From assembly GCA_963663545.1 (NCBI GenBank), contig OY760505.1, positions 128,001 to 192,000 on the forward strand: a stretch of 64,000 nt of DNA, in the 5' to 3' direction. Position 1 is the stretch's first letter. The number at the start of each line of letters is the position of its first letter. The DNA is from Candidatus Delongbacteria bacterium. Its GTDB lineage: Bacteria; CAIWAD01. This document shows, piece after piece, positions 50,438-60,167 of this stretch. A program made the position numbers and the translations under genes. The notes below the pieces were generated by a model that made no database searches, was not told the origin of the DNA, and saw only the letters and a program-made list of their open reading frames with translations.

Positions 50438-53091
50438 TCGGCCTTCTCCCGGATCACGAGCACTTGACCGGGTAGAAGCGCATCCTCTTCACCTAGCGAG
50501 TTTATTCGCTGAAGATCGGCAACGCTCACCTCATAAAGACGCGCGATATCCCACAACGTATCACCGCTGGAAACGCGATGCGTCAACCCTGCGCCAGCTG
50601 TTTTAACCAGCAGGCGTTGACCGGGTTGTATCACGTTGCCGCGTAGATGATTCAAGGAACGCAGTTCCTGCAGGCTGAGCCCGTGCCGTGAGGCGATGGC
50701 GCTCAGATTGTCGCCGCGCCGGACAGTGTAATATTCGGCATCGCCATTCGCCTGTGTCACAGGGGCGATTTCTTCAGCGTTGGAAGCGGCAAGCTGCAAA
50801 CGCTGACCGGGATAGATTTGATTTCCGCTCAGACCATTAAGGGCGCGCAACTCGCTTACACCTAACCCGTGACGGGCAGCGATGGTGCTCAAATTGTCGC
50901 CACGCTTGACGGTGTAATACGTGGGTTCGGCAGCAGGTGCGACAACCGTTTCGGCGGGCTGCTCAAGCATAACCGGCTGCAATACTTGCGGTTCAACCGT
51001 TGACGTTTCATGCCTATTCGCACGCACACGTAGACGCTGACCGGGTTGTATCACGTTGCTCTTTAAATCGTTCAGATCGCGCAACTCGGCAAGGTCCATT
51101 CCGTGCTTGGCCGCAATGGCACTTAGATTGTCGCCGCGCTGCACGGTGTACTCTTTGCTGCTGACCGGGGGCGATGTCGACTCCTGCTCAGAATCTTCTG
51201 CGCGCACCCAGAGATGTTGGCCCGGGTAGATACTATCGTTCAGATTCAAACCGTTCCACTCCAGCAGCGTACCCAGTTCCATACCGTGACGAGAAGCAAT
51301 GGCGCTGGGATTCTCGCCGCGCTGAACCGTATGCGTGCTTGCATCATCCGGGCGTGTCACAGGTTTGCGTGATACACTCGCCGTCTGCTCAGCCTTTTCC
51401 GGATCGGCCAGCATCAAGATCTGTCCGGGGTAGATGCGATTGGAATCCAGTTCATTCCAGCGTTTGAGGTTGCGTACGCTGAGCTTGTGCCGTTGGGCAA
51501 TGAGGGAAAGCGCATCGCCGCTTTGCACGGTGTAACACGGCACGCCGTCGGGGCGCACTTTGACCGGTCCCTGTGCTGCGCGCGGTGTGGCTCCAGGAGC
51601 CAGCGGAACCAGAATTTCCTGCCCCGGCCGAATCAGACTGCGGGTACTCAGTTTGTTGGCCGTCAGCACCGTACTCAGCGGAACGCGATAACGCGAAGCG
51701 ATGCCGCTAAGTGTATCACCGCGACGTACTTTGTGACGGACCCAGTCCTGATATTCGCTATCGGGAACCTCGGCCAGCTCGGCGTTGAAGGCCTCCAGCT
51801 TACTGTAAGGCATATAGAGATTGCCTCCCTCGGGAGGCGTGCAGAAGCGCATCAGTTGAGGATTCCAGGCTTTAAGCTCGCTTTCGCTCACCGCAAGCAT
51901 ACCTGCCAGTTTTTCCAGATTCAGCGCGCCCTTGACCCATGCCGCTCCCAACTCCTCCTGCGGAGCCTCTTCCATGTGCAGCTCAAAACCGTACTCATCC
52001 AGATGCTGGAAGACATAGCGGGCGGCCAGGTACGTGGGAATGTAGTTGCGCGTTTCGGCTGGCATGCGCGGCAGCGTCCAGTAATCCTTCTTGCCGCCTG
52101 CGCGACGAATTCCGCGATCAACGCGGCCCGGGCCCCAATTGTAGGCTGCCAGAGCCAGATACCAATCTTCGTAGCGCATGTACAGGCTGCGCAGATAGCG
52201 TGCGGCGGCGTAAGTGGCCAGCTCAAGATGGACTCGCTCGTCCACCCAGTAATCGACGCGCAAATCGAAGACGCGGGCGGTTCCGGCCATGAACTGCCAA
52301 GGACCGGTGGCGCGCACACGACTGCGGGCCTCAGTGCGGAAGCCGGACTCGATCATCGAGAGGAAGATCAGATCCTCGGGCAACCCCTGTTCGCGTAGCA
52401 CGCGGCGAATGGTGGGTGCCACCTGCGGGTAACGCTCCAGCCATACATTGTAATAGCGACGCCCTTTGCCCGTGGTGAAATAGTCGATCATCTGTGATAC
52501 ACGACGATGTTCGGCCTCGGGAATGCCTGGCAGCAGCGGATGTTCGGGGTCTTGCTCCGCCCGCAACTCCAACTCTTCCAGTTCCTGCAGCAGCGTGCTG
52601 TCGGCGAATTGCTCGTCCTGTTCCAGCAAAACGGACATCAGTGTATCACCGGCCAGACTGTCGGCAAACTGGGCGATGGTGAAATCGAGACTATGAATGC
52701 CGCCGGAGCTACTGTCTACGGGTGCATCGGGCAGCAGGCGGACAAGATCGACGGCCACTGCGCGACGCAGGCTGTCCAACTGTGGCAGCGCGTCCTCGCT
52801 GGTCAGACTGTCGGACAAATCGAGAAAGAGACTGCGCAACTCTTCCGAGGCCAGCGCGAGGCTGTCCTGAGCGATCCAGTCGCAGGCCTGCTGATGGCGC
52901 TGCGTGAAGCGGGCGAGTTGCAGACTGTCGGCGTTGAGTTCCTGCTCCATTGGCAGATCAAGCTCCACCGGGCGTGTGCGTGCGGCTGGATGCAGCACTC
53001 CACAGCCGACGGCGATGAAGGCGGTCAGCACAAGCAGAAAGCCAAGATGTCGGTAGACTGGACGCACTTTATTCCTCAACGAATCGGTCAT
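50434..53091 (-). CDS. MltD-like lytic transglycosylase lipoprotein with seven LysM repeats
   Basis: Lipobox AVGC; IESGF, ATGPWQFM, LAAYNWG, ETRNY; seven V..G[DE] LysM units. Confidence 0.93.
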   Translation of the reverse strand: MTDSLRNKVRPVYRHLGFLLVLTAFIAVGCGVLHPAARTRPVELDLPMEQELNADSLQLARFTQRHQQACDWIAQDSLALASEELRSLFLDLSDSLTSEDALPQLDSLRRAVAVDLVRLLPDAPVDSSSGGIHSLDFTIAQFADSLAGDTLMSVLLEQDEQFADSTLLQELEELELRAEQDPEHPLLPGIPEAEHRRVSQMIDYFTTGKGRRYYNVWLERYPQVAPTIRRVLREQGLPEDLIFLSMIESGFRTEARSRVRATGPWQFMAGTARVFDLRVDYWVDERVHLELATYAAARYLRSLYMRYEDWYLALAAYNWGPGRVDRGIRRAGGKKDYWTLPRMPAETRNYIPTYLAARYVFQHLDEYGFELHMEEAPQEELGAAWVKGALNLEKLAGMLAVSESELKAWNPQLMRFCTPPEGGNLYMPYSKLEAFNAELAEVPDSEYQDWVRHKVRRGDTLSGIASRYRVPLSTVLTANKLSTRSLIRPGQEILVPLAPGATPRAAQGPVKVRPDGVPCYTVQSGDALSLIAQRHKLSVRNLKRWNELDSNRIYPGQILMLADPEKAEQTASVSRKPVTRPDDASTHTVQRGENPSAIASRHGMELGTLLEWNGLNLNDSIYPGQHLWVRAEDSEQESTSPPVSSKEYTVQRGDNLSAIAAKHGMDLAELRDLNDLKSNVIQPGQRLRVRANRHETSTVEPQVLQPVMLEQPAETVVAPAAEPTYYTVKRGDNLSTIAARHGLGVSELRALNGLSGNQIYPGQRLQLAASNAEEIAPVTQANGDAEYYTVRRGDNLSAIASRHGLSLQELRSLNHLRGNVIQPGQRLLVKTAGAGLTHRVSSGDTLWDIARLYEVSVADLQRINSLGEEDALLPGQVLVIREKAE

Positions 53092-53109
53092 AAAAAGAGC
53101 TTTAAGGTA

Positions 53110-53835
53110 TTATGAAAGCACGTGTTTTTCCAGTTCGCAACCCTCTTGCTGCCGAGGATCTTGCTGTCTAAGGCCGAATTCGAACTGACCCTGGTCCGGA
53201 GTCCAAGCCAAAGCAGCAAAGCCCGCTACTCGCCAACCTCCGGCTGTAAGCAGCATCGCCAGATACTGAAAGGTGGCCCCGGTTGTAACAACGTCGTCCA
53301 CCAGCATCACTCTCTGCCCCTTGCCGGGCTTGCGTAGTCGATACTGGCCGACCAGATTGCGCAAGCGCGCCGCCCGGTCGAGCGACTTTTGCTGACAGCC
53401 ATCGCCACGTCGCTGCAGAACCTGAGCCACAGGCAACCGCCACTCGCGTCCCAGACAACGTGCCAGGAGTAGAGCCGGGTTTCCGCCGCGTTCCCGCTTG
53501 CGCACAGGATGCGCGGGAACCGGAACCAGCACCTCGGCGGGCCAGGCGGGACGCGACCAGTGACGACAAAGCCGCCGGCACAACGCAGCCTGCCCGCCAT
53601 ACTTCACCTGGCTCAAGACCTGACGCCCCACATCCGCATAGGCAAAACGGGCACATCCAGGCAGGGACTCCGTGCCGCAGCAGCTGCTGCCCGTGGCCAG
53701 CAGCTCCTCAAGGCAGGAGTCGCACAAAAAGGCCGCCCACGGCTCTAGCTCGCCCGCGCATTGCAGACACCGGGCAGGAAGCAACAGATCCTGCATTCCA
53801 GCCAGCAGAGAGCTGCAAGCTTGAAGTACCGACAT
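53110..53835 (-). CDS. comF: ComF family protein (zinc ribbon + phosphoribosyltransferase)
   Basis: CLQC...LCDSC; VPVP; LVDDVVTTGAT. Confidence 0.9.
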   Translation of the reverse strand: MSVLQACSSLLAGMQDLLLPARCLQCAGELEPWAAFLCDSCLEELLATGSSCCGTESLPGCARFAYADVGRQVLSQVKYGGQAALCRRLCRHWSRPAWPAEVLVPVPAHPVRKRERGGNPALLLARCLGREWRLPVAQVLQRRGDGCQQKSLDRAARLRNLVGQYRLRKPGKGQRVMLVDDVVTTGATFQYLAMLLTAGGWRVAGFAALAWTPDQGQFEFGLRQQDPRQQEGCELEKHVLS

Positions 53836-53975
53836 GGACTCCTCCTGCGTGACACCTCCTGAATCATGGCAAGAAAAGAGTACTTCGGGTAAACCTGCAA
53901 GGAAAGGGCACCTCGCTGCGGCGGTTGTGTTTTCAATGGAAAGCTACGTGGACGGAATCGATGCTGCAGCCTTGT

Positions 53976-54194
53976 TCAGGCCCGGGATCGCTTGGGGCAC
54001 AGTTCGCAATAGGGAAACAGCAGCTTGCTTTGAGTGCATCCCAGGCAGCGCAACTCCTCAAGAGAATAGTGGTGACCTTCGGCAGCCAAACGTTTTTGCG
54101 CTGCAAGCAGCGCCTGTGTGTCACCGCTTTGCGTGGCCAGATAAATGGGACAGCGGCTGCAATCAAAGCCGCAGGGTGATCGTTCCATGCACAT
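53976..54194 (-). CDS. Cys-rich DUF3795-like small protein (short, possibly truncated)
   Basis: PCGFDCSRCPIYLAT...CLGC...CELC. Confidence 0.65.
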   Translation of the reverse strand: MCMERSPCGFDCSRCPIYLATQSGDTQALLAAQKRLAAEGHHYSLEELRCLGCTQSKLLFPYCELCPKRSRA

Positions 54195-54206
54195 TCTGGA
54201 TGCGGC

Positions 54207-55196
54207 TTACTCCGACACCGACCACTCGTTCATGCGGCGAATGGCTTCGTGACTCACGGGAACAGCGCCCAGCTCGCTGCAGGCAACGGCCGCGCATAGT
54301 CCGGCGAACTGCGCCGCCGTAAACAGGTGCTGCCCTTGAATGCGTGCCAGCACCAGTGCGGCGATCACCGTATCACCGGCGCCAGAAACATCGACGATGG
54401 CGTGGCGCAAAGCGGGAAAGCTACGCAGTTCACCATCGCGAGCGAAACAGGCCATGCCCTTGGATCCGCGTGTTACAACCAACTCGCGGCAGCCGGTGCG
54501 AGCGATGAACGCCCGACCGATGCGCTCCAGGTCGTCTTCGCGCTTCAGACTTTCGCCCATCGCCTCGAGGATCTCCTTCTGGTTGGGCTTGAACAGATTC
54601 ACCGGACCGTAGGCGCTGAAGTTCTCGAATTTGGGATCAACAGCAGTGTACACGCCGTGCTTCTCGGCTAGCTGGCGAATCTGGGCGATCAGATCGGCGG
54701 TGAGCACGCCCTTGTTGTAGTCCTGAAAGATGAGCGCGTCCAGGGTGGGCAGCCACTCTTCCAGCTGGCCAAGCAGGTTTGCACGCACCTGACCGCGTAC
54801 CGCGTGGGTCTTCTCCTCGTCCACGCGAACAACGTGCTGTTCGTGAGCGATGATGCGCGTTTTGAGAGTCGTGGGCCGCTCGTCGTCGGCAATCAGGCCA
54901 TTGGTCTCGATGCCGGCTTCGCGCAGCAGATTGGCCACCACATCGGCCTCGCTGTCTACGCCAACCACACCCAGTGGAAGCGCAACCGCGCCCAGTCCGG
55001 CCAAGTTGTTGACCACATTCGCACTTCCGCCCAGGCTGTGGCTGCGCCGCTCGACGCTGACTACGGGAACGGGCGCTTCGGGACTGATACGATTGACCTT
55101 GCCCCAGATGTAGCGGTCCAGCATGATATCGCCAACGACGGCTACGCGACGACCACGGCAACCCTCGAGTACGTTTTCAAGATCTTGCAGATACAT
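54207..55196 (-). CDS. D-glycero-beta-D-manno-heptose-7-phosphate kinase (RfaE1/HldE kinase domain)
   Basis: GDIMLD, RISPEAPVPV, DYNKG, DVSGAGDT. Confidence 0.95.
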   Translation of the reverse strand: MYLQDLENVLEGCRGRRVAVVGDIMLDRYIWGKVNRISPEAPVPVVSVERRSHSLGGSANVVNNLAGLGAVALPLGVVGVDSEADVVANLLREAGIETNGLIADDERPTTLKTRIIAHEQHVVRVDEEKTHAVRGQVRANLLGQLEEWLPTLDALIFQDYNKGVLTADLIAQIRQLAEKHGVYTAVDPKFENFSAYGPVNLFKPNQKEILEAMGESLKREDDLERIGRAFIARTGCRELVVTRGSKGMACFARDGELRSFPALRHAIVDVSGAGDTVIAALVLARIQGQHLFTAAQFAGLCAAVACSELGAVPVSHEAIRRMNEWSVSE

Positions 55197-55262
55197 GGTG
55201 TATTATCCTCGTCAGCAGGATGCCGGTTGACATCACTCGTTTGTACGATAACCGATGATCGT

Positions 55263-56660
55263 TTATCGAACTTTTTCCATCAGCGCAACGCATTCCACAT
55301 GCGCCGTGTGCGGGAACATGTCCACGGGCCGCAGCCGCTTCAACTCATAACCGCCTTCGATCAATAGAGCAGCATCACGGGCCTGTGTCACGGGATTGCA
55401 GGAAACGTAGACAAGACGTGGCGCAGCGATCTCCAGCAGCTGCTGTACGACACGCGGATGCAAACCGGCGCGTGGCGGGTCTACGATAACCACCGTCGGA
55501 TTCTGGTCCAGACCACCGGCTAAAAGGTCTTTCACGTCGCCTGAACTGAAGCGCATTTGCGAAAGGCCGTTGAGTTCCGCATTGCGACGAGCGGCCACGA
55601 CGGCCTCCTCCACAAGCTCGAAGCCGGTTAGGTCGACGCCCTCCTTGGCCAGACAAATGCCAATGGACCCCGTGCCGCAGTACAGGTCCAGCAAACGATC
55701 ACCCCCGTGAAGGTTGGCGAACTCTGCCGTCAGCGCGTAAAGTCGCTCCGCTTGCTCGGTGTTGGTCTGAAAGAAGCTGCCCGGTGATACAACAAAACGT
55801 CGGCCACAGACAACTTCCTCGAGCTCGCCGCTGCCGTGATGCACGCATGCCAGATCGCCGACCGCCGTCTGCCCGCTACCCGAGTTAACTGAACTGACGA
55901 TGCTGCTGAACTCACCTGGAAAGGCGTCAAGGAGCTCCTTGGCAAGTTGCGCTGCCCGTGGATCACCGGGATGACTGACGACGATATTCAACAGCCGCTG
56001 ACCTGTGCCGCGCGCTTCGCGTATCACAAGAAAGCGCCAGTAGCCGGTGTGCTGAAAACTGTGCCAGACCGACTCTGCTCCCCCACCTCGCTCCAGCACG
56101 AACTGACGGATGTACGCAAGCATGGGTGCTACCAGCGTGGATTGCAGCACGCACTCTTCGAGATTGAAGACCTTACTGAAGACACCACGTGGATGCTGGC
56201 CCAGACCGAACTCGGCTTTGTCGGCGTCCTTGCCGTCGGGATGCCAGGCCATGTCGCTGAAGCCGAATTCCATTTTGTTGCGATAGTAGGTCTGCGCTTC
56301 ACAGGGCAGAATAGCTTCGACCGCAGGTGTTCCGACACCGCCGATGCGCTTCCAGGCTTCCTCAACAAAGGACTGCTTGGCCTTGAGCTGTTCGGCATAG
56401 GCCAGCATCTGCAAGGGGCATCCGCCGCAGTAGGCGGCGTGTTTGCAGAGCGGGTCGATACGATCGACCGAGGGGGTGATCAAGCTCAGCAGGCTGGCTT
56501 CCATGTGGCGCTTGCGCTTGCGTGTGATACGCGCCTCGACGACATCGCCGGGCAAGCCGCCATTCACAAAGACCACAGCACCGCCAGGATGACGCGCAAC
56601 GCCGCGACCGCCGATGGCGAGGGCTTCGATGTTCAGCTGCAGGATCTCGGTTTTTTTCAT
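55263..56660 (-). CDS. rlmD: 23S rRNA m5U1939 methyltransferase
   Basis: TRAM domain, CGGC, YRNKME, FFQTN, DLYCGTG, DPPRAG, YVSCNP, DMFPHT. Confidence 0.95.
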   Translation of the reverse strand: MKKTEILQLNIEALAIGGRGVARHPGGAVVFVNGGLPGDVVEARITRKRKRHMEASLLSLITPSVDRIDPLCKHAAYCGGCPLQMLAYAEQLKAKQSFVEEAWKRIGGVGTPAVEAILPCEAQTYYRNKMEFGFSDMAWHPDGKDADKAEFGLGQHPRGVFSKVFNLEECVLQSTLVAPMLAYIRQFVLERGGGAESVWHSFQHTGYWRFLVIREARGTGQRLLNIVVSHPGDPRAAQLAKELLDAFPGEFSSIVSSVNSGSGQTAVGDLACVHHGSGELEEVVCGRRFVVSPGSFFQTNTEQAERLYALTAEFANLHGGDRLLDLYCGTGSIGICLAKEGVDLTGFELVEEAVVAARRNAELNGLSQMRFSSGDVKDLLAGGLDQNPTVVIVDPPRAGLHPRVVQQLLEIAAPRLVYVSCNPVTQARDAALLIEGGYELKRLRPVDMFPHTAHVECVALMEKVR

Positions 56661-56795
56661 GGGGAAAAGGTAGCAAGCTTTCCGCAAACCCTTTGTGCAC
56701 TTGGGCGCTACCCGATGCGTACAGCGAAAAATCGTGTATCACATCGGTAGCAGCTTGTGGCGCAATGACATTTTGATCCCTATATTGGGCGCTTT

Positions 56796-56868
56796 GCCAC
56801 CCTAGCTCAGCTGGTAGAGCAACTGATTTGTAATCAGTAGGTCGTCGGTTCGATCCCGGTGGGTGGCT
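56796..56868 (+). tRNA. tRNA-Thr (TGT)
   Basis: GCCACCC...GGGTGGC-T; anticodon arm CTGAT-TTGTAA-TCAG; T-stem has two G:U pairs; CCA not encoded. Confidence 0.93.
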
Positions 56869-56878
56869 TTAAGAAATC

Positions 56879-56909
56879 AAGGGTTTACGAGAGATCGTGA
56901 ACCCTTTTT
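56879..56909 (+). terminator. Intrinsic terminator after tRNA-Thr
   Basis: AAGGGTTTACGA-GAGA-TCGTGAACCCTTTTT. Confidence 0.8.
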
Positions 56910-57250
56910 CGTTTTCGGTGCTACGCTGGTGCTATTTTACAGTGGGGGAAACAGGTTGGGGAATCGCACTGGTGAGTTCCGGCATCCGTGCAACCTTCCA
57001 GCCATTGATCCGCTGTGTGATACATCTTCTCTACTGCGTTGTGTTAGGTGTGCCGGGTAATGATGGTGCGCTGGAGTCCGGGTTGCTGTCAGTCATCACT
57101 CCTTGGACTCGGCACGGTCAAGGATGTGTCACCGGCTCCCGGATGCTGGCTGCGATCAATGTATCACGAGGGTGCTGTCGGAGTGCGTAGGACAAGGCAA
57201 GGGGGTAGGGGTACAATTGTGTTCTTCAAGCTGATCCCTTTCATCGATGT

Positions 57251-57390
57251 GCCTAACGCCTCGGTTGTGAAGCCCTAAAAACGCCCTGACCGGGAGTGAC
57301 AAGCCAGACAAACCACCAATACCTTAATAGCGGGCAATTATGCTAAAATTGCGCCGCGTTTTTAGGGTCGTTACCAACCGTTTGTTAGCG
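57251..57390 (-). other. attC site of cassette 4 (140 bp)
   Basis: R'' CGCTAAC ... R' GTTAGGC; stem CCCTAAAAACGC/GCGTTTTTAGGG. Confidence 0.9.
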
Positions 57391-57442
57391 CTTCTCCTGA
57401 TATGATCGTCTATCATCATGACGAATCTTCACGGCATTATCC

Positions 57443-58510
57443 CTAATTAAGATAGATTGAAATCTCCTCCCGTAACCTGTCAGCACCATCAGAGGTATTG
57501 CCCAAAATGGTGACAACCCTGTCGTCTTCTACGGTATAGGTTGATGAAAACGAGACGCCTGGATCTCCCCCCACGAGATAGTAGGCTGAAACCTGTCCTT
57601 CGGGGTTGTGTTGAATCCAAAACCCAAGTCCATAATGAAGATTCTTACACCAATCTCCCGTGACCGTGGCTTGAATACTTAAGACTTCAGCTAACAACTC
57701 GTCACATAAAAAGTTCCCAGAGAGCAGACCATGCCACATTTTTGCCATATCATCGGCCGTGGTAAAGAGGCCGCCATCAGCGGTGCAGACGATCGGAATC
57801 TCAAAGATATTGGAGTACCATGCACCGTTGTCGTCTTGTATGTACCCGTAGGCACAGTTTTTGGGGAGTTGGTTTGATTTATAGCACCCTGTTCTGGTGA
57901 GACCAAGCGGTTCACACACGTCTTGTTGAATGTAGTCAGCATACTCCATTCCTGACACAACTTCTATCAGCAGACCTAAGATCACAAACCCTGAATTGCA
58001 GTAGGTAAATTTCTCACCGGGCTGAAAATAGGCGTCTCCGTCAACAAGTAATGGCAACATATCGGTGATGCTGAGTATCTTATGCATGGGTAGCTTCTCA
58101 AAGACTGGTCCAAAATCGTCAATCAGGCGTTCATTGAAATAGTCATAGATGCCTGATGTATTACTTAATAAGTGTCGAACCGTGATGCGTGTATCCATAT
58201 TGGGAAACGCATACGGAAGTATGTCAAAGACGCGATCCTCCAGTGACAGTTTTCCCTGATCCACCAGCCGTAAAATACCTAAGGCGGTAAATCCTTTTGT
58301 CCCAGAGGCAATACCAAAGGCCGTATCAAGGGTATTGGGTAATTCATCGTCTCGTTTTGCGTATCCGGCGGCAACATTCAAGGATATTGTCCCGTGTTCG
58401 ATAATTTGGATCACCCCTGAGAAATACGTGGCGTTTTTGACGACCTCTGTGATCTTGTGTACGTCCATAATCATTAGTTCCCTTCTGATTGTATCATCCA
58501 TTATCATCAA
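57443..58510 (-). CDS. Cassette 4: serine hydrolase (class C beta-lactamase/PBP-like family)
   Basis: FGIASGTK (SxxK), LLSNTSG, YCN, ADGGL; start uncertain. Confidence 0.9.
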   Translation of the reverse strand: MMIMDDTIRRELMIMDVHKITEVVKNATYFSGVIQIIEHGTISLNVAAGYAKRDDELPNTLDTAFGIASGTKGFTALGILRLVDQGKLSLEDRVFDILPYAFPNMDTRITVRHLLSNTSGIYDYFNERLIDDFGPVFEKLPMHKILSITDMLPLLVDGDAYFQPGEKFTYCNSGFVILGLLIEVVSGMEYADYIQQDVCEPLGLTRTGCYKSNQLPKNCAYGYIQDDNGAWYSNIFEIPIVCTADGGLFTTADDMAKMWHGLLSGNFLCDELLAEVLSIQATVTGDWCKNLHYGLGFWIQHNPEGQVSAYYLVGGDPGVSFSSTYTVEDDRVVTILGNTSDGADRLREEISIYLN

Positions 58511-58677
58511 TCACTGTACAGCTGATGGTACAACGTCACATGGCTCTATCGCGCTGTTCAGATATCGGCATATGTCTCATACTGAGCGATGGTATCGTGG
58601 TCGGGTTTGTCAAGACAAAAAAGAGGGATGATCGTAAAACTCCTCGGCACGATCTCATTGCTCTACACTCGCAGAAG

Positions 58678-58853
58678 CGCTAACGGTCAAGTTTCTATGG
58701 TCCGGGAGCGTGGCGCGGCGCTTGCGCCGAGCCACTTAGCTGTTTGTGAAGCAAACGGCTCTGAAGCGCCCAATGCGCAGCATTGTGGCGCTGGCAGCGG
58801 TGCCTTGCAAGCGACGTGACACGCCGCGGATCCATTGCAAACTTTTGTTATAC
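58678..58853 (-). other. attC site of cassette 3 (176 bp, branched)
   Basis: R'' GTATAAC ... R' GTTAGCG; outer stem plus internal hairpins. Confidence 0.85.
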
Positions 58854-58854
58854 G

Positions 58855-59979
58855 TTAACCTCGTATTGCGCCAATCACCTGATTTGTCGTGTATGAACGG
58901 CCATCAGGAACCAGACTATCTTGATCCCTGGCTACTTCCAACGATGCACCTGCTTCCATTCTAGAGCTGAGGCAGTTCTTCAAATTTTCATTGAGACTAT
59001 CCCACCACTCAATAGATATTGCGATATTTTCGAACGTCTCAAAGCAAAACTGAATTAGTAAAGATCCTTTAACGTTGTCATCCGTATCTATAAATGATTG
59101 AATGAACTTATCGGCCGAAGTGTTCTCTCCTACCCATTGAAATACAGCCAATCCTCCGCTCTCCGTTCCACACATTGTAAAAGTTAAGGCATCTAATCTT
59201 GTTCCATGATTTGCATATTCCTCAATTCCCTGAAGCACTTTTCCGCCAAAATCATTTTCTAATTGAGTAGATCCACTGCACATTAGCTCCGGAGTTTTAC
59301 TTAGCTCAACAGCAAAGAAGTGAGAATCCTCAAACGAGTTGCTTAGAAGCACATCATCATATCTTTTTTTGCTGTCATCAATATCCTCTAATCCCGCAAT
59401 TACACCGCCGGAATAGAGTTTAAATTCCTGTTGATGAGCAACCTGCTGAATCACATCTAGACCACGATCTAGTGTCTTTCCAAATTTAAGCATATCCGTT
59501 TGTCTACGTTTAGCAAACAGCTCACGGCAGACCGCTCTATAGCCAAGTAGAAAGCAAGTCTCCTTCGTCACCTCCAGTGGCCTGTCCTCAATAGGCAGAA
59601 AGACAAGCTTGTCATGATGTGAGCAGAATCCCGTGAATGTGGTAGCTTTTCCTATTCCGGTTTTCAAAAGACCCAATGCACCATCACGCTTGACGAACCC
59701 GGTAGTCGATACGTCAATCGTATACACATGAGAATCAACAGCAATCTGCTTCAGACCATTTCCATTTCTCTGGATTGAGTGGGCACGAACAATATTCCCC
59801 CCGCAGACACCCTTCGCAGCTCTTGGATGAAGGCAGTACTTCTTATCTGCCCGCTTCTGCTCTGCAATCACTTCAGCGAGATCAACTCTCTTCTCCTCTG
59901 CCCGACGCAGATGGCAGTGTTTGAACTTCTTGCCTGATCCACACCAGCAGGGACAATTCCTCAATGCTCCAATGCTCAT
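58855..59979 (-). CDS. Cassette 3: SEC-C motif domain protein
   Basis: RNCPCWCGSGKKFKHCH; further AHSIQ and FTGFCSHHD..F motifs. Confidence 0.88.
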   Translation of the reverse strand: MSIGALRNCPCWCGSGKKFKHCHLRRAEEKRVDLAEVIAEQKRADKKYCLHPRAAKGVCGGNIVRAHSIQRNGNGLKQIAVDSHVYTIDVSTTGFVKRDGALGLLKTGIGKATTFTGFCSHHDKLVFLPIEDRPLEVTKETCFLLGYRAVCRELFAKRRQTDMLKFGKTLDRGLDVIQQVAHQQEFKLYSGGVIAGLEDIDDSKKRYDDVLLSNSFEDSHFFAVELSKTPELMCSGSTQLENDFGGKVLQGIEEYANHGTRLDALTFTMCGTESGGLAVFQWVGENTSADKFIQSFIDTDDNVKGSLLIQFCFETFENIAISIEWWDSLNENLKNCLSSRMEAGASLEVARDQDSLVPDGRSYTTNQVIGAIRG

Positions 59980-59994
59980 TGTCTATCCTTGTAC

Positions 59995-60123
59995 GTATAA
60001 CATCTGTGTTTCAACAGCGGCGTCCTGGCGCGCCTTTTGCCCAAACGAGTGTTACATCTAGCTTAATCCTGTATCACGCAAAAGGCGTGACAGGCGACCG
60101 GCTGTTGGAAACACTCGTTAGGT
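59995..60123 (-). other. attC site of cassette 2 (129 bp)
   Basis: R'' ACCTAAC ... R' GTTATAC; stems GTTTCCAACAGC/GCTGTTGAAAC and GCCTTTTGC/GCAAAAGGC. Confidence 0.9.
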
Positions 60124-60167
60124 GCATAAATGGATTAATGCGAATGCAGCTAATGCTTGTCTAAGTG

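Noticed and set aside
53976-53978. Selenocysteine read-through or frameshift extending the DUF3795-like ORF
   Set aside because: None of the downstream frames continues the Cys pattern
56910-57250. Fifth cassette/attC using ACCTAAC at 57043-57049
   Set aside because: No pairing R' arm or hairpin found, no convincing ORF, and the region carries the host motif
57443-58510. Calling cassette 4 an antibiotic-resistance beta-lactamase
   Set aside because: No signal peptide and no KTG triad; many family members are esterases or peptidases
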